This document shows positions 1-12,739 of a DNA stretch of 36,400 nucleotides, one piece after another (within the stretch, counting starts at the first letter, position 1; each line of letters begins with the position of its first letter). A program made the translations under genes and the position numbers. Source of the stretch: Atractiella rhizophila (lineage: Eukaryota); the NCBI GenBank assembly GCA_021432655.1, contig MU271457.1:1-36400 (forward strand), in the 5' to 3' direction. The notes under the pieces are model-generated. The model had not been told where the DNA came from, ran no database searches, and saw only the letters and a program-made list of their open reading frames with translations.

Positions 1-520
1 TATCCCACTCCGTTTGTTTCTCCTCTTTGTTTCCTTATGAAGGTTCACGGCATCTGGGCAGAGACGGATCCGCTGTTCGAGACTACTTGCATGTAATGGA
101 GTTAGCGGATGGGCACACTCTGGCCCTTCAAGCCCTCGATCCCTCGAACGAGAGGCATTCCATCTTCTCCACTCCATCTCGCGATCTCGGTTTCGGCATT
201 GGCAAAGGGAAGTACAAGGCGTACAATCTCGGAACTGGGAACGGGGTGAGCGCTATCGGCATCATCGAGGCCATGAAGAAGGCAACTGGCGTCAACTTCA
301 CCTATGAAGTCGGACCACGGAGAGCGGGAGACGTTCCCTCCCTTATCGCTGACCCGAGTTTGGCGGAGAAGGAACTAGGTTTTAAGGCTAAGAAGGACTT
401 GGAAACAATGTGCCGGTGCGCTTTTCTTGCTAATTCAGGTCTGTGAGATTCTTACCTCCCGCTCTTGCTAGGGATCTTTGGAATTGGCAAAAGGGTCATC
501 CTGACGGTTATGAGTCGTAA
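1..520 (+). CDS. GAL10: UDP-glucose 4-epimerase, 3' part (gene begins before the window)
   Basis: Translation shows the GalE motifs DGSAVRDYLHVMELADGH, YNLGTGNGVS and GPRRAGDVPSLIADPSLAEKELGF. A GT-AG intron at about 416-470 is followed by DLWNWQKGHPDGYES and TAA at 518-520. Confidence 0.92.
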
Positions 521-966
521 AAGGAAATCACAGGATAGTTAAGCTGAATAGATGTGGGTAAATTGTCGCTGGGTGTAAAGATTTCGTTTGTTTCTCAAAG
601 GCCGCATCAGTCCAGTTTCGTGCGAAGGGAAGTGACCTCCTAAGTTTGCCCGACACCAATGGATTGCACAGAGTCACAATATCTGAACCTTGAAATTGAT
701 ATGACAGACCAATCAAATGGAGAAATTGAATGAAATCTGAAGGAGGGAGGATATGGAAAGGAGAAATGTACTATCTGAGCCGAGAGAGAGCAGAAGAGGA
801 AAGATGAGAAAGCTCGAATCACTGCGAGGTGGTGGGTTGTTTATTGGGGGTATATGGACGAAAGAAGTAGGTAGAAGATAAGAGTGAATGTCGCGATGGA
901 TGCAGAATAAATATTAGTCATCAAAGACAGAGACATTCGTGGCCAGCCCGTCGTTCTTTACCCTGA

Positions 967-2115
967 TTATATCTGCGACCCCCGGAGTCAATACTAGGAC
1001 GAGAACAAAGGGATGACGAACGAGAGATAACTCCAACGTCCAGACACGTCTGGCCCAAACTTTGATCACTTTCCCCATCGACGGCAACTCAATCTCCGTC
1101 GCATCCCACCAGCATTTCCTCTACATCAAAAAAACACTTCAGCCCTGCTTGTAGATAGAGAACAAATACGAACGGCGGGCTTTCTCCAGAAAAGAAGAAG
1201 TTTCTGAGCGGTGGCAAGCTGCTGGGCGTTCACAGGGGGTTGTCCCTCTTCTGTGTTCGGATCGGATCCTTCAGGTGGTTGGCCGATGCCAGTCTTGAGA
1301 AGGACGAGAGCTATGGAAGCAATGCAGCATCTATTGAGCTCGAGAGATCGGTATCCCCATTCGTCTGCGCGATCAAAGCCACTACAACGCAGTCCGCGGT
1401 CTTACTTCAGCATGCGACACGACAGGTTAGAGGGAAGGTCAACGAACCTCATGCAAAGCATATCGATGAGATGCTGCTCCGCCAAGTTGTTTTCCCTATT
1501 CACATTCCTCTGGAGTGCGGTAAAGATGGACTTGCGCTCCAGAAGCTGCTGTCCGCATTCCTTCTTCAAATCTAGCAGTCCTTTGTTGGGCAGTCCTTCG
1601 TCATCGGTGCTCGGAAAGTCCTCCGTGATTGCAGTGCCGTCCGTCGGTTTCTTAGGAGGAATGGCGAAGTACTCCAGCTCCTCTCGAAGAACAATAATCG
1701 CTTGCTTGTGGAACAAGGGATTGGATGCGGCTGCTGGGTCGGAGAAATCACGATTTGGGCGTGTGGGTGCAGACGGTGGGCCATAGAAGTCTTCCTTTGC
1801 TTGAAGGAAGAAGTTGAGGATGAAATCGAGACAAGGACCATCGAACTTCGAACCGTGTCATCACCACAAACCCACATGGCGGAAAGGAGAGGAATCACAC
1901 ACATCGACATAATAAACCTCCTCCTCCTCCTCTTCCGCTCCATCCATCTCACCTCCTTGAGCGCGCTGCGAACTGAGTACGACCCCGTTTGGAAAGAGAC
2001 ATAGGAGGACGCTCTCAGGAAGCTCCATCAAACTGTCCCGCTCCAACGTGAACCTCCTTCCGCGCAAGTCCAGTTTTACTTTCGAGTCGACGCCTTCAAT
2101 CTGAGAGGCAGCCAT
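967..2115 (-). CDS. WHI2: Whi2-like BTB/POZ-domain general stress-response protein (spliced)
   Basis: N-terminal BTB-like KLDLRGRRFTLERDSLMELPESVLLCLFPNG, then IIVLREELEYFAIPP, AEQHLIDMLC and C-terminal RKCWWDATEIE...KVWARRVWTLELSL. The last intron (973-1021) gives I-stop at 967. These blocks match the fungal Whi2 family. Confidence 0.8.
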
Positions 2116-3588
2116 CTTGCAAATGAAGCCAATGAAATCCCTGCGAAATTGTTGAGGCTCCTCGTCGTTTCACCTGTTTCAATGCGGAAGTCTCACCCTC
2201 GGTTCCGGCAAAACAGCAAACAACACCACCATGGCTTCGTTCATTTTCCGGCCCTTTCAAAAGACTTATGCTCGCCTGGTAAGCTTACCAGTCTCCATAT
2301 TATTATGTTATCCATGCTGATTGGGATGGAAAGCACCGGTATGCGATGGAGAGCCCGACCGCCTACTGGTCAATCGTGATAGGTTGCGCAGGTTTGTGTT
2401 TCTCCTCGCGCTGTTGTCTTTGTTAAATCCAAAACTGACAGGTCCTGTCATGCTCGCCGTCGTTCCCCCCGTACGGAGGAATTTGGGCTATTTCCCACCT
2501 CCTCCAGTCCCAAAAACGTATCCTTGTCAGTCCTTCGTCGCTCACAAACAATGTGGATCTAATCGACGCTTCTACAGTACCTGACAGGCCTAGAGATCCT
2601 AATCTAACGGGATATGATGATCCGGAACCAGAGGGAGCGAAAGAGGCGGAGTCGTAGCATGCTTAATAGCGTAATACAGTGGTGTGTTAATGTTAACAGA
2701 AAAAGAGGTCAGGGACGTTAGTGAGTGGACCACAACTCGTTTATTATTTGGGTTGAGACTCCAAGAGGAGAGCTACGAGCCGTAAACCTACAGTATTAGA
2801 AGCGAGAGACAATAAGATATCTTGACACTTTGCACTTGCTCGCTTCTCCACGCTGCATTGATGCTTGTCTCAGTGACAGATCATGTCCTAGGCTCAGGTG
2901 CCTGTTTTTCCTAAAACATCCAACAAGACTGGTCACAAAATCACATTTGATTGAATGAAAAGGAGAACCTCACCTTTTTTTTAGTTTCGAGCGAAAATGC
3001 TACTTCATATGCTACTGTTGACTTTGAAGTTGACATTCAATAGTAGTTTTCATGACAGCCTGAAGTGAACATTTAATCCAGCTAGCTTCAACCAGAGCTT
3101 GGAATTTCTGCTTTAATCCTAATTGCCTAATTGCTTCAAAAGTTGTTACGACCACTGTAAGAAGCCTATTGACTAAGAACAAGCAGGGATAGCCTAAAGG
3201 ACTGAGCCCTTGTCTTTCTAAGTTATGAGATGATTGTCCTGGTGTGGGAACCACGAGAGCACGAGAGACCTGCACTGGAAATGAAATCCCCAGACCGCGA
3301 GCCAGGTCGGATGATTTGTCACAATTTGACTTGTCAAAGCAGTAGTCAAACTGTCCGACATCCATGCCGAACGAAGTCTGGGCCCATGACGCAGGTTGCT
3401 GGAGTGGCAGCGATAATTGAAATTTGAAATCCCAGCCAAGGTCCTTGTCACTTGTCCCGGCAAGGCATAAAAGAGTACTGAGCCGTGTCTCTTTCCCTTG
3501 AGACGCACGCGTCCCAACGCTCGACATTGTCAGGCTTTATCAAGTTATTCTTCACTTGACGTTTCTACGCTCAATCTCCCCTACATTT

Positions 3589-5631
3589 ATGAATCACCGT
3601 ACGTGACACTGCCCTCGCCTTCACATATACATGTGGCGAAGGGGTTGATACTTATTGAATACTCACAGCTCCTGATATTTCGTCTATAAATGATGATGCT
3701 CTGAATATCACAAGACTACCACCCACGACTCCCCTCAGTAGTCCCAATCTTCTTGCGCACGAAGTCAAACAAAACATCTCACCCGATGAAGACGTTCTGA
3801 CTATCACAAAGTCAACTACAAGCGTTCCTGCCCCCATCCAAGCTCAAACTGTACAAGATGGCAAAACCGCGATATCGACTTTCTTTTCACCCGCGCATAA
3901 GATTGGGCCTTCTCCGGGGTGGAAAACATCATTGAAGAATACGATCCGTTATTCGTACCTGAACGTCCTTCTCGTTTTCATCCCGGTCTCATGGGCCCTC
4001 GCCCTTTCGCATCAATCGGCTACAGTCGTCTTCTTCACAAGCTTTGCAGCCATCGTACCTCTGGCTACCCTCCTCGGTCTCGCTACCGAAGAATGCGCTC
4101 TGAGAATGGGACCCGCCGTTGGCGGGCTGTTAAATGCTACCCTTGGGAATTCGGTTGAGTTTATTGTTGCTGGTAACTGCCTCCTTTGACACAATCTGGC
4201 ATTGGAGGGTGACGTGTTTCTCTGCATCAGTGTTGGCTCTTATCAAAGGAGAGCTGAGAGTGGTCCAAGCTTCTATGGTCGGCTCAATCTTGAGCAATGC
4301 ACTCTTGGTGCTCGGCATGTGTTTCTTCGCTGGTGGTAGGTGCCCTTCACCTTTTTCCATCATACACCGGCTGATCGTTTCCGAAGGATTGAGGTTTTAC
4401 GAACAAACGTACACGGTTCGAGTCCAGCAACTCAACATATCTCTCCTTGGATTAAGTGTCTTCTCCTTCCTCCTGCCTGCGGTCTACTTTGCAGCTCTCA
4501 CGAATCGAGGGCTTGCGAATCCGGTCATCGATCAGCAAACTGCTCAAAATGAGGAGAAGGAAGCTAACGAGGACATTCTCAAAATCTCCCGTGGTTTGGC
4601 CTTCATTCTGCTCTTTGTTTACGGCGCATATTTAGCTTTCCAGTTCTGGACACATGCTTGTGAGTCTCCGTAGAAGTTGAACGCATTGGGAGTGCTGAAA
4701 ATATCGACCAGATCTTTTCCTGCCGAAACACAACACACCAACGGTTCCTATCGCACCGCCATCAGGCCCTCAACCCCCTGCCCACAACCATGTGTTCAGA
4801 TGGTCGACTTCTAGCACTGGGACGAGGTCAAGGAGCAACACGGCGAGCAGCAATAATCCCACTTTCACCGACATGTTAGATAAGAGCGACAACGATGTCG
4901 AAGCGAACAGGGAGATTGAGCAGGATGAGGGAGTGGTGGAGAATCCTAGGATGAACTATAAGGCTGCCATCGCTCTCATTCTTTTTGTTACAGTGGTCAG
5001 TAGCTCCATCCCTTCCACTCGCGGACGCAGATTGACGGCAGCAACAGCTTGTGGGTGTGACTGCAGAATGGTTGGTGGAAAGTATCGACGGAATGACGGA
5101 GTCGGGAACTATTTCGAAGGAATTCACAGCCCTGATTCTCCTCCCCCTCGTCGGCAATGCGGCTGAACACTTGACAGCTGTGACGTGAGTCCCTAGTTCT
5201 CAGGTCTCACGATATTCTAATGTGGACCCCACAGTGTCAGCGTGAAAAACAAATTGGACCTGAGTCTTTCTGTCGCAATCGGAAGTTCAATACAGGTTCG
5301 CTCCCTTTCCCACTACCCGCAACTTCTCCTCACATTGCTATTTTAACCAGATTGCGCTATTTGTTCTTCCATTGTTGGTTCTGATTGCCTGGGCGATTGG
5401 CCAGCCTGTGCGTCCTTCTACATGTCTGATTCTCACAACTGACATGTACTTCGACAGTTGACCTTCCACTTTGATATTTATGAAACAGCCGTGTTGTTGA
5501 TCTCCATATTGCTCGTCAACTTCGCCATTCAGGATGGAAGGACGAATTGGCTCGAAGGACTTTGCTTGATGACTGCCTACGGCGTTATCGCCCTTTCTTT
5601 CTGGTTCTTCCCCTCTCCTGAAGAAGGCTAA
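3589..5631 (+). CDS. VCX1: Ca2+/H+ antiporter, CAX/VCX1 family (spliced)
   Basis: Alpha-1 repeat GGLLNATLGNSVE, ASMVGSILSNALLVLGMCFFAGG, alpha-2 repeat LLPLVGNAAEH, AIGSSIQIALFVLP and DGRTNWLEG. ATG at 3589 with first intron 3599-3668; TAA at 5629-5631. Confidence 0.92.
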
Positions 5632-6167
5632 ACATATTACGAATCATTTTTAAGCATGACTTGGCCGCCTTGTATACTAGCATTTTCACCAATCTGACAG
5701 CGGCTTGAATTCATGAAGACTTTGAAGGCTTTTCATTTTTTGCATGTGGGAGAATCTAATTTGAACAAGACTATTCACTGTTCACTGGGCGCGGCGCAGA
5801 AGAAACTCAACTTCTTCCCCGATCCTCATCCTCAGGTCGCTATATTTCTTAGCACGTCTTTCAGTTTACTGTCAGCGGTATAAAACCCACCAATAAACCG
5901 TCAAGGAAACATGGTTGCGGCTCCAGTAGTGCATGGCCACCTCAAAGTTGGGAGACGAAGCCCCAGTCTTTAAAGAACCCAATTAAGCTGAAAGAAACGG
6001 ATTCTGCTCAAAGATTAAATTATCTAGAGACGGCATGTCAATCTCTAGTATGGCTTTGCCATCCTCAGTGACGGTAGAAAGGAGAAATCCTCGCAAAACG
6101 AGCAGCAAGGCTCTTATTATTACACAATCGTTCCCACAACCCCATCGCCACAAAACAAAAAACCAAC

Positions 6168-6728
6168 TCACGACTTGTCAATCTGCATTTCATCTCCTCC
6201 ATCCGCTGTGGCCGTTGCGCCATCCTCCGCATCCTTTCCCACCACATGCTCCTTCAACCACTCCTCATCTTCCCACACAGGCCTATTGCTTCCAGCGGTA
6301 AGGATGCCCTTTGTGGGTTTGGCGAGATTGACTTTGAGCGGACGAGTTTCGATGGTTTGTTTGCCGGAGACGAAGGTGAAGGTGTTCAGGTGCATGTTGT
6401 CGATTGCTCGATGAGCGGAGATGGGGAGGGAGAAGGTGACGAATCCGAATCCTCGGTGTGTCTCATCTGTCGTCGAGCATGTTGATGATTAGATCAAAGA
6501 TCAAAGAGGAGAGAGGAAAGAGGAAGGAAGGAGTACTGTGTGTGGGATCTGGTGGCAGTTGCACCTCGAGAACATCCCCAAAGGTCAGAAAAGTGTTGTA
6601 GAGCACTTCTTCGTTTGTTTCGGGAGGTAGTCCACCTGCGAGAACTGGCTCAACCCACATCCACAACTCTCCTGAAAGAACAGCGCACCCACGTAAATGG
6701 TCTTGTTTCCAGTCACCGCTCCCTCCAT
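6168..6728 (-). CDS. Small RRM protein similar to the N-terminal RRM of cyclophilin E (PPIE/Cyp33), without a PPIase domain
   Basis: MEGAVTGNKTIYVG|GLPPETNEEVLYNTFLTFGDVLEVQLPPDP, then RGFGFVTFS, AIDNMHLN and LKVNLAKP...RPVWEDEEWLKEH. RNP2 and RNP1 motifs are present, plus the PVW..EEWL tail typical of PPIE RRMs. Confidence 0.8.
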
Positions 6729-7716
6729 CTCCTTCAAACGTTCACGCTTGGTCAAGAATAAAAATGATGAGAGAAGGACGTCGCGAACCAATGTTGGTGT
6801 ACGTCCCGCATGAAGTCGCCTATTACTCCGGCTGGCTTTTGCAATCATATGAAGGCAGAGAGAAGTAATTCAGAATGATGGATCATCCTCACCCACCGCG
6901 GGTGTTTGAGTGTTTGAGAGTATCTGGCTTCTTACTGTAGCACATTACGGTTCTGCTCCATGTTTTGTTTTGGATGCGGTTGGAGCACTGGCAGTCGAGG
7001 AAGCTTCAACCTCATCCCAGGATAGCATACTCGGTTAGACAAAATCGTCAGTTGAGTTCGGAAACTGTTGCCACTGAAGAGAATAGTACACCTGTAGATG
7101 GGTAAGGCCGGTTGTAACTTCATCCTCGAGAGTGAAAGTATGGCGGTCAGAACCTTACGAAGATGAAAAATGGCACCAGGGTGACAATACAACAGCTCTA
7201 CAGACATACAGATTATATACAATCTCAATACCCCTCGTCGCTGGCAGTGGTTTCTAGCTCCACTTTACTCTTAACCTGGTGATAAACAGAAAGCGCACCT
7301 CCAACAAGCAATGCAAGAAAACTCATAGCTTCGGCTTCCGCTCTTCATATCCAAACCATGCAGGATGCTTCTTCCTCACGTCCTCCGCTACCCGCTTTCC
7401 TTCGGAGACACTGATTGATGAACGGACTTGGTTGAAGTAGGGAAAGTGTGCGAATGCGGGATGGGGTGCGAAATTTGTGGTCGGAAGTCGTTTCATGGCA
7501 TGTGAGGGGTGTAGAAGGGCAGTCTCATGTGAGGCCCGTGGTCGTTGTGAATGGGAGTACATCGTCGTTTGCTGTGATAAGATGATGTAACATGTTTGCC
7601 CTGATCGCATTTCCCAACAAATTCGAATTTGAAGTCACAAGACATTTCTTCCTTCGAACGAAGCGACTGGATACCCGCGTCAAGCTCTGAGCACTGGCTT
7701 GTATTCTGCAGGAGGC

Positions 7717-9463
7717 ATGAAGGGGACACGAAAAGGACATCGTTTCCAGTCGTCGATCAGCGTAACCTCTCCTCAAACAGTAGCAGAACTTATATCAAGG
7801 GAAGAGCGAACGAACGATGAGCGAGCTTGGACGGACGAAGAAGATCATGATTCCCCTGCGTTTGTTTGGGTGAATTATTGGTGGAGGAGGTTTAAAGAAG
7901 GCTTTAAAGATGCTCAGGGCATTCTGCTCATCTGTTTGGCTCAAGGTACGCCTCCCCTAATATCCCATCGGAGAGTAGGCAGCTTGTACAAAGCACCGTT
8001 TATGTGTCCCATAAAATCTAAGACACTGGTCTGAATATGCATACGGTCCAAACAGTGCTGATATTCCTACAGTATTTAGTGCTGGCATGAACGCGACCGC
8101 TAAATACTTCGCCATCTATGGCATGCCCGCTTGGGAGCTCATCCTGTTACGCATGACGATAACGCTCGCTTTTACCTACACCTACATGAGATACAGAGCA
8201 ATCCCTGATCCGATTCTGGGCCCCAAAGGCATCCGCCTCCTCCTCTGCCTTCGAGGCTTCTTTGGATTCTTCGGTTTGTTCGGAACGTATTATTCCGTCA
8301 GATACCTCTCGTTGAGCGACGCTACTGCAATTACGTTCCTCACTCCCGTATTGACTGGTTCGTATTCTTGCTACCGTTAATATGCTGTCTTAAACCTGGA
8401 GCCTCAGCCCTGGTTTCCCCTTTCCTCCTGGGTGAACCATTCGCGAAGACTGCTATTTGGGCTGGTCTTTTATCAATATTTGGCGTGAGCATTCCTTCAA
8501 CTTGTTAAAAGCATACCAAATTATCTATACAGGTTCTCTTGATTGCGAAGCCAACTTCTCTGTTTTCTTCGGATGTCCAAGTAGAGTTGCCTCCTCCAAC
8601 TGAGGGAGGAGAAGGTATTGAAGAGGGAGAGCCCCTTCCGGATGTGACGAATGCTCAGCGTTTGAGCGCTGTCATGGTTGCGCTTCTCGGTGTCGTTGGC
8701 ATCGCTGGAGTGTATATCTCAATTCGAAAGATTGGGAAGCGGGTATGCCGTTCCTTCTCACCGAACCAGCATTGAACGTGGGACCAGGCCAGTGTCCTCA
8801 ACTTCATCGTTTACTTTTCCATGTGGTCAACACTCATATCCATCGTCACGGGCATCGTCACGTACAATATTTTCCCCTTACGTTCTCTATACGTATACTG
8901 AAGCTTTGTTACAGGAAGGAGAGACCCTACCTACCCACATCGTGGCCACAATGGCTGCTTGTACTTGCTATATCTCTTCAAGGCTTCGGCTCCCAATTCT
9001 GCTTGACCGCCGGTCTCCAAAGACTAAAGAACACGGTCCGTCCGTTCTTCTGATAATTAGTGAATTCTGCTAACAAGTGAACGATTTGAAGGGCGTAGGC
9101 ACTTTTTTCACATACACCAACCTCCTCTGGGCTCTCACCTTCCAACGTCTCTTCTTCCACCACAGTCCCGACATCCTCTCAGTCTTAGGGAGCTGCGTGA
9201 TCCTCACGTCAGCGCTCTGGGTGTACATCTCTACAAATAAAGAGGAGAAGAAGGAGAAGGAATCCCTTCTTCCTCCTCCGGCCGACGAGGTGGAGCTGTT
9301 AGGTAGCAGGAGTCGGTCGCCGAGTTTGGGGTCGGAGGAAAGAGAGGTCGGAGTGAGAATTGGGAATGAAGAACATTTTACGGTCGGAGCAAAGGATTCG
9401 TGCGAGCCTCTAGCTCCAGATGAAAGGGAAGATCTCGAAGAAGCGGCTATAGCCGTTCGATGA
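7717..9463 (+). CDS. EamA/drug-metabolite transporter (DMT superfamily) membrane protein (spliced)
   Basis: Many hydrophobic helices. PILGPKGIRLLLCLRGFFGFFGLFGTYYSVRYLSLSDATAITFLTP and IAKPTSLF match the fungal EamA family. The start codon is tentative. Confidence 0.85.
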
Positions 9464-9862
9464 CCCATGGGTCTGAGCCGGCTAGAGTAGTTTGGAGGCA
9501 CCGACTGCGTGCGATAGAGCTTCTTATCATCCATTTGACTGATAGTTTGCCTAATCAAGTTCTATGAGTACAAGAAGAAAGAACGATTACAGCTTCAACC
9601 TAAGGGCTACAAGCAAAAATCCAAAAAAATTCTTGCTCGGCAAGACGAAGGAGACGAAGAACCATTAACGACGATTATTAACGTGTGCTTCGAGAAAAGA
9701 GAAACGAATGACAGATTAGGAACAATGCCTACTAAGAATAAGTGGCTGGGAAGAGAAAAGACTGACAAAGATTACGAAGTACTGATTATGCACATTTTTG
9801 GGGTTTCGGGAATAATCATCAACCACTTTTTTTCCCAACTGAATTCCTTAAAAAAGAAGGTA

Positions 9863-10535
9863 CTACTCAAATGAGAACCTGCACCTCTTGTTCACACACT
9901 CAGCCTCCTCTTCCGGAGTGTCCTCCCTCTTCCTCCTTTGAGCTTGAGTAAAAGACACCATGAGGGGCGGAGGAGAATTTTGGCTCCATCGCGCGATTGG
10001 AGACTCTTCTAATAATGCCTTGAGTCTCTGTAACATTCTCAAAGAGAAGAGAGAAACGGACCAGCCTTCAAATCTTCTACTTCCATCTGGTAATCCATCG
10101 GCTCAATAGTCGGACTTGGAGCTGGACTCTCCAAGCAAGCAGTCGTGAGTGGGGTCACGAGATGACGGAGAGGCTGCGGCGCTTCAAGGTGCTTCCTAAA
10201 GTCGTCTATCCCATGGAAAGAGATAGCTGTCGCTCTCGATCTGCCTCTCGCCTAGAAAGATAGAACAGGGATTGATCAGTGCATTGACTTTCAGAGAGAA
10301 ACGTTGGACGGACGGTCCGAGATTCCACTTGTGGAACACTGGCAATACTTTGTCCCGCCACCACATTCTTTGCCGTCAACAGAGCAATCCACTCCTCTTG
10401 TGTTGTTGAAGGGAAACCGACTATCACTTGAGAGCGCTGATGGTGGACCGTGGAGATATTGTGATCAATGGTCGAAAGTGGGTGAAGCATTGAAGAGACC
10501 CCGCCATTTGATGGATTGGGGTAAGACAGTTCCAT
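9863..10535 (-). CDS. Hypothetical protein (three exons inferred)
   Basis: ORF MELSYPNP...VESRT joins in phase through two GT-AG introns to ARGRSRATAISFHGIDDFRKHLEAP...EDLKA and GIIRRVSQ...RCRFSFE-stop. No family recognised; the start may lie further upstream. Confidence 0.5.
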
Positions 10536-11221
10536 ACTTCTTTTGGAAATGTAAGATGAAGGATAGAATGAACTGCGACGAAGAAGTGTAGATAGCTGCT
10601 AAAATCCTCATCAGAAGAATGATTCAGACCCTGCTTTCAAAGGTTGACTCACAGCGCTCGCTTAATAGATAGGAAGGAGATATGATCGAGAGAAATGTCG
10701 AGAAATTATAGAATATTGTAGCCAGTGCTCAATGAAGTTGGTATGAAGAGGAGAAGCAGATTAGCTATTTCAACCAGTCAGAATCTGGACATGATTGATA
10801 CTTATTAGACGACGAACCACGATATGTAAAAATACAGCGGATGCGAAGGAAAGACAGTATAGTATCTCACTCCTGAAGATAAAGCAATCAGGCGATATCA
10901 AGAGTGAGAGAGCAGAAATGTTGATGGGGGTTGCAGAGGATGGTCGTTTTGATGCGGAGTCGATAAGGTTTCGATAAAGTTTCTGTAAGGAGAGAAGGTG
11001 ATTTCTTCCCGACCGGATGTTTGCTCACACGAGTGACGTAGATCTCATTTGTTTAATTGCTCCCCTCGCAAGAATGACGTAGCTGATAGAACATCTTGCT
11101 CTGGTATAAAAAGAAAGAACTGCCGTTGTTGCCTTCGAAATTGCCAAGAGATAATCCTCGATACCTCCAGCTTTAGCGCTACAATTTTCAAGAGTCGATA
11201 ACGAACTACAGTAACGACGAA

Positions 11222-11762
11222 ATGGGTCTCTTCCGCTCCAGCTCCGAGGCTCAACGCAGCCAATCTCCCCCTCCAGCCGCTGGAAGGACGAGCACGACGA
11301 CCTCGCATTCCTCGTCTTCGCTCTTCAGCCGTCGAAGCAATTCCACACACACGAGCGAGCACTCTGATAATTTGAGGAGGCACGACAGGACTTTCGGCGG
11401 CCCCAAGCCTATCACCAGCGACACGCTCACGAATGCCAGAGAGGGACTAAATCGGGCCATCAACCATGAGAAAGAGGCTGAGATGGCTTTGCAGAAGGCT
11501 AAAGCTTCCTTGTGCGTTCATTTCCTTATTCGAGGTTTGCATGCAATAGGATGTTGACGTTTCCTTCCGTTCGTAGGAGGGAAGCTAAACAGCATGTCGA
11601 GAAGTTGGAGGATGAAGCGAGGAGGGAAGCCAAGCTTGCGAAGTACGTTTCATGCTATCTTCCTTTTCATCAACTGCGGTAACTGATGCTTGTGTGATGT
11701 GTAGAGCGAAGCTGACTGAAGCTAAATCGATGAGACATGCTGCCAGCAAGCTTGGCCATTAA
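11222..11762 (+). CDS. Small hypothetical protein with Ser-rich N-terminus and coiled-coil C-terminus
   Basis: MGLFRSSSEAQRS... exon, two GT-AG introns in phase, helical AREGLNRAINHEKEAEMALQKAKAS / EAKQHVEKLEDEARREAKLA, and stop TAA at 11760-11762. Confidence 0.7.
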
Positions 11763-12739
11763 TATACATGAACCAACATGATACACGATGAAGAGGAGCC
11801 TGAAGAGGAGCCGAGTTCTCTCTGTGAATACTTCTAGGTCTCGATTTTGCTAGTTTGATGTCCAAATTGTTTCGCAACTCTGTGATTGTATTCTGTGATT
11901 GTATCGCAGGCATGATACCCCCGAATAATACCTGGAATAATACCACCCACTTTCTGTCTTGTATTGAAGTGTGCAACTATGTGTTGACTATGTTGCTGAC
12001 TGCGTTATGATCGTTCAGAGCCAAGCAATGCGAACATGAGTGAACTGGGGGTCACTGAAACAAAGATAGGATGACAAGTATCGCTATTCCAAATTTGCTC
12101 TCGTGCTCGGAAAGACCATGCGCAAGTAACTAATCTTGGTGTGTGGAACCCTTCTGTGGATGGGGCGGGATGGGGAGAGAAGCATTTGTGGGGAGTGATC
12201 CACACGATAAGTATTGCGATCTGTACTCCTTAAACATCTCTCCACCTACAGTCTGGTCTGAGGTCTAGGAGGGTAGATCGAAGGATTGAAGGTCGAGAAA
12301 GAAAGAACAGCGTCTCGTAGTTGCCAGGCTGAACCTGCACACGTACCATCCAGGATGAAGAATCTCACAAATTGCAATCGACAACTAGTACCTCACCAAT
12401 ACGTGTAAACACCCTTGTCCTTGAAAGTAGCCCTGAAATTGCTCTTAAGCTCACAAGGCAACCCCAAAGTGTTGAAAAGCGGGAGGAAAAGGAATATGTT
12501 TCATGTGCAGAAGCGGACTCCGCCGCCCCCACTTTACAATCAACAAACCACGAGGACCGTGTCCATGTCATGTCGCGCCTCTTGTTGCTCCCTTTAGTGC
12601 GACCGGAGGACAAGCGCTGTGACAGTGGATGCGTGGAGATGTCCTTGTCTCACTGCCCGCCTTATAAGGACTTTAAGGTGGTTTGGTGCTAAAATAGTCC
12701 CTCTTCCAGCGTAGCCTCTGCCCTCAGAAGAACGACGAA

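Noticed and set aside
1211..1786. 191-aa plus-strand ORF
   Set aside because: Antisense shadow of the Whi2-like gene.
2990..3527. 171-aa minus-strand ORF and a CpG-poor stretch upstream of VCX1 as a TE remnant
   Set aside because: No recognisable domain, termini or repeats; the evidence is insufficient.
6932..7650. Short minus-strand ORFs between the RRM and EamA genes
   Set aside because: I could not build a coherent spliced gene or recognise any motif.
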